Assembly: GCA_030704615.1 (NCBI GenBank)
Contig: CM060731.1
Coordinates: 85,126,001 to 85,190,000 of the forward strand
Direction of reading: 5' to 3'
Origin: Takakia lepidozioides
Lineage: Eukaryota; Plantae; Bryophyta
Length of the DNA stretch: 64,000 nucleotides
Shown: piece after piece, positions 62,001 to 64,000 of the stretch
Numbering within the stretch: position 1 is the stretch's first letter
Layout of the letters: the number at the start of each line of letters is the position of its first letter
The notes under the pieces: generated by a model
Told to the model about the DNA's origin: nothing
What the model saw: the letters and a program-made list of their open reading frames with translations, nothing else
Databases searched by the model: none
Position numbers and translations under genes: made by a program

Positions 62001-63820
62001 GAGAACATCTCCTCTTTCAATTGCCTCAATCCTAGACTCCTTCAAACTCAAACATCGCACAGACAAGGATGCCACTTTGGTCCTGGCCTCCCACAATTTG
62101 AACCTCAACTGTCTCAACTCCTGTCTGTTTTTGTAAACTTGTTTGACAATCTCGACATTTCCAAGATATGACAACCTTCTTCCCTTGCCAGTATCTCTCT
62201 CCCCTCTACATTCCATGGCACCTCTTTCTCTATATACCCTCATTCTGAAGTCATTTTCCAAGGAATGGAAGAACATGCTGAATATCTCAAGTTTGGAAAT
62301 GGCTCCCCATCCAATGACACTCTAAAACAATCCGCGTGCCGAAACGTACCAACAACCTTATGCTCTTGATTGGTTAGAGTGATGGTTGCATTTGTCAACG
62401 GCTTGACATACCACTTCTTTCCTCCCTTGCTATCTTGAAGGAATGGTTTCAGACTTATTCTGTGCTGGTTGTACTCCCACCATTCACCCCATAGGCCCCA
62501 ACACAAACTGTCTCTTCCTTTGTTGCATTGGGACCTTTGCTGTAATTGTCAATCCTCGATCAGATCTGCCCGTTGGGTAGCGTCAACACAAGTGTATGGA
62601 GTTTGTGACGAGGATGCTCCCATTGTTGATGCCACAATTGGATTGTCAAGTGGTGGGGACGGCAACACAGGTTGACTGACCAAGAAAGAGCTTAGATCCC
62701 GTTGCTTTACATCTTTGGCAATCATAGGCTTTGGAGGCCTTCCTCTCTTTTTGCAAGGTCCTTCACTACTTCCAACCTTCTGGCAAATCTCTGCATCGAC
62801 ATGAGTTTTTCCTTTCACATGCTCTGTCAAAGAAGATTGCAAAGAACCTGTCCTTGGAAACAAGAGTAGCCACTTCGAATCAAGTGGGCACCTAATCCTT
62901 ATGGAACCCAACTGCGAATAGTCTCCAATTGTGGCTTCCACAATCTCAAATCTGTTTCCAGGATTGTCCTCACAAAACCGAGCGACTTCCTCTAATGCCT
63001 CCTTCACCCTGTTCTTCTTTGCATCTAATGCTTCATCTGCATTTACAGGGCTGATGACACATTGTGATGAACCCTTCCCATGACGCCTCTCATAGGCTAT
63101 GCGATGCCCCTCACTCCTCAAATGAGATCTCATAAAGTTTGCACATGCATCATATGGTTTGTTTTTCCCATACCGTGCATAAACATCCTCACACTCAACA
63201 CACCATATGTGGAACATTGCTTGTCCTTGTTGATCCTTTGTCATCAGCTCAAACTTGTCACATCGTCCTTCTGCAGAGATTTTCCTTTCAACGGCTCTAA
63301 TCTCTTTCTGCCATTTTTGAATATCGTTGGATGTAGCCAATGTGCTGCACAATCTACCAGATCTCTGCTGAAGTGCATGCTCATGTGCATGGTCTTCATT
63401 TCCACCATCGCCAGCAAAGGGTGTATCAGGGTCTATCCTCATCTTGATAGACACTGGTGCCGGGCCCTCGCCTGGTCTGTCCTCATGCAAGATCGTAGAA
63501 CCACTGGAAGATAGAGGTCTTTTCAATCCTTGGTCCCCATCATTTTGGTCTGAAATCTTAATGTGTACAGTATCCCCTTTCAGAACCATCCTCTCTTCTT
63601 GTTTGGCTGAAAGGACACTACCCCCCATGGAAATGAAATGAAATTTTGCTGAGACAAGCTCATCACCTATAATTTCTGCTCGGATGCATTTGTATGTGAC
63701 ACCTTGCATAGTGAACACAGAACCAAGCCTGTTTGGTGATGCATCTCCTCCAACAAGCAGGACTTTTACTTCCAACTCTTCTTCCATGATGAGTTCACCT
63801 GCAAAATGCAATGAAAACAT
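59023..63820 (-). pseudogene. P-element/THAP9-like DDE transposase with N-terminal C2H2-like fingers; one stop, one frameshift, one insertion
   Basis: VAEDETVVK (D), HASDGDSRRR (D), QDFIHNGKK (DxxH), DRQNWAAAQRL, GSDVCEIFFS (E); CVEC...HLRSEGH upstream; C-terminal part at 59023-59763. Confidence 0.7.
59780..60187. other. Patchwork insertion inside the P-like transposase
   Basis: 59780-60008 repeat module; 60009-60145 rc of CACTA ~30236-30371; 60148-60185 rc of 13939-13976. Confidence 0.85.
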
Positions 63821-64000
63821 TTCAAATCAGACCTTGATAGACCAATAACAAAGCACCCGGGTTGGAAGGTTCCAAAGTCCTGTTTTATACAACCCTATAG
63901 GCTGTCCAAGCAGGGACTACGTTGATAAGAGGATGAAATGTATACAGAAGCAAGTACCTGATTGATGAGTTTGACGTTGCTAATTTTTGCTGCTGCTATT

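Overview
Eukaryotic, almost certainly non-seed land-plant genomic DNA (inferred from a spliced GAUT13/14-like gene and the plant TE families present), with a 500-N scaffold gap at 8371-8870. One intact host gene (galacturonosyltransferase, minus strand, 34761-37677) is surrounded by nested, mostly decayed mobile elements. These are: a Ty3/Gypsy element with a C5 cytosine methyltransferase after its protease; two CACTA copies, each with a SET-domain ORF upstream of Tnp2; a P-element-like transposase; Penelope-like and LINE fragments; and an LTR with an extra ORF. The most unusual structure is a large element at 8871-20198, with a rearranged inverted copy at about 53900-57300. It combines a spliced ParB-like + beta-class N6/N4 methyltransferase gene, a divergent GCM/WRKY-like zinc-finger + MULE-like transposase, a head-to-head pair of unknown paralogs centred on a hairpin, and arrays of the palindrome GGAAATGCGG-NN-CCGCATTTCC spaced at near-integral helical turns (53 bp in the main array). 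All domain calls are by-eye motif recognition, not database searches.
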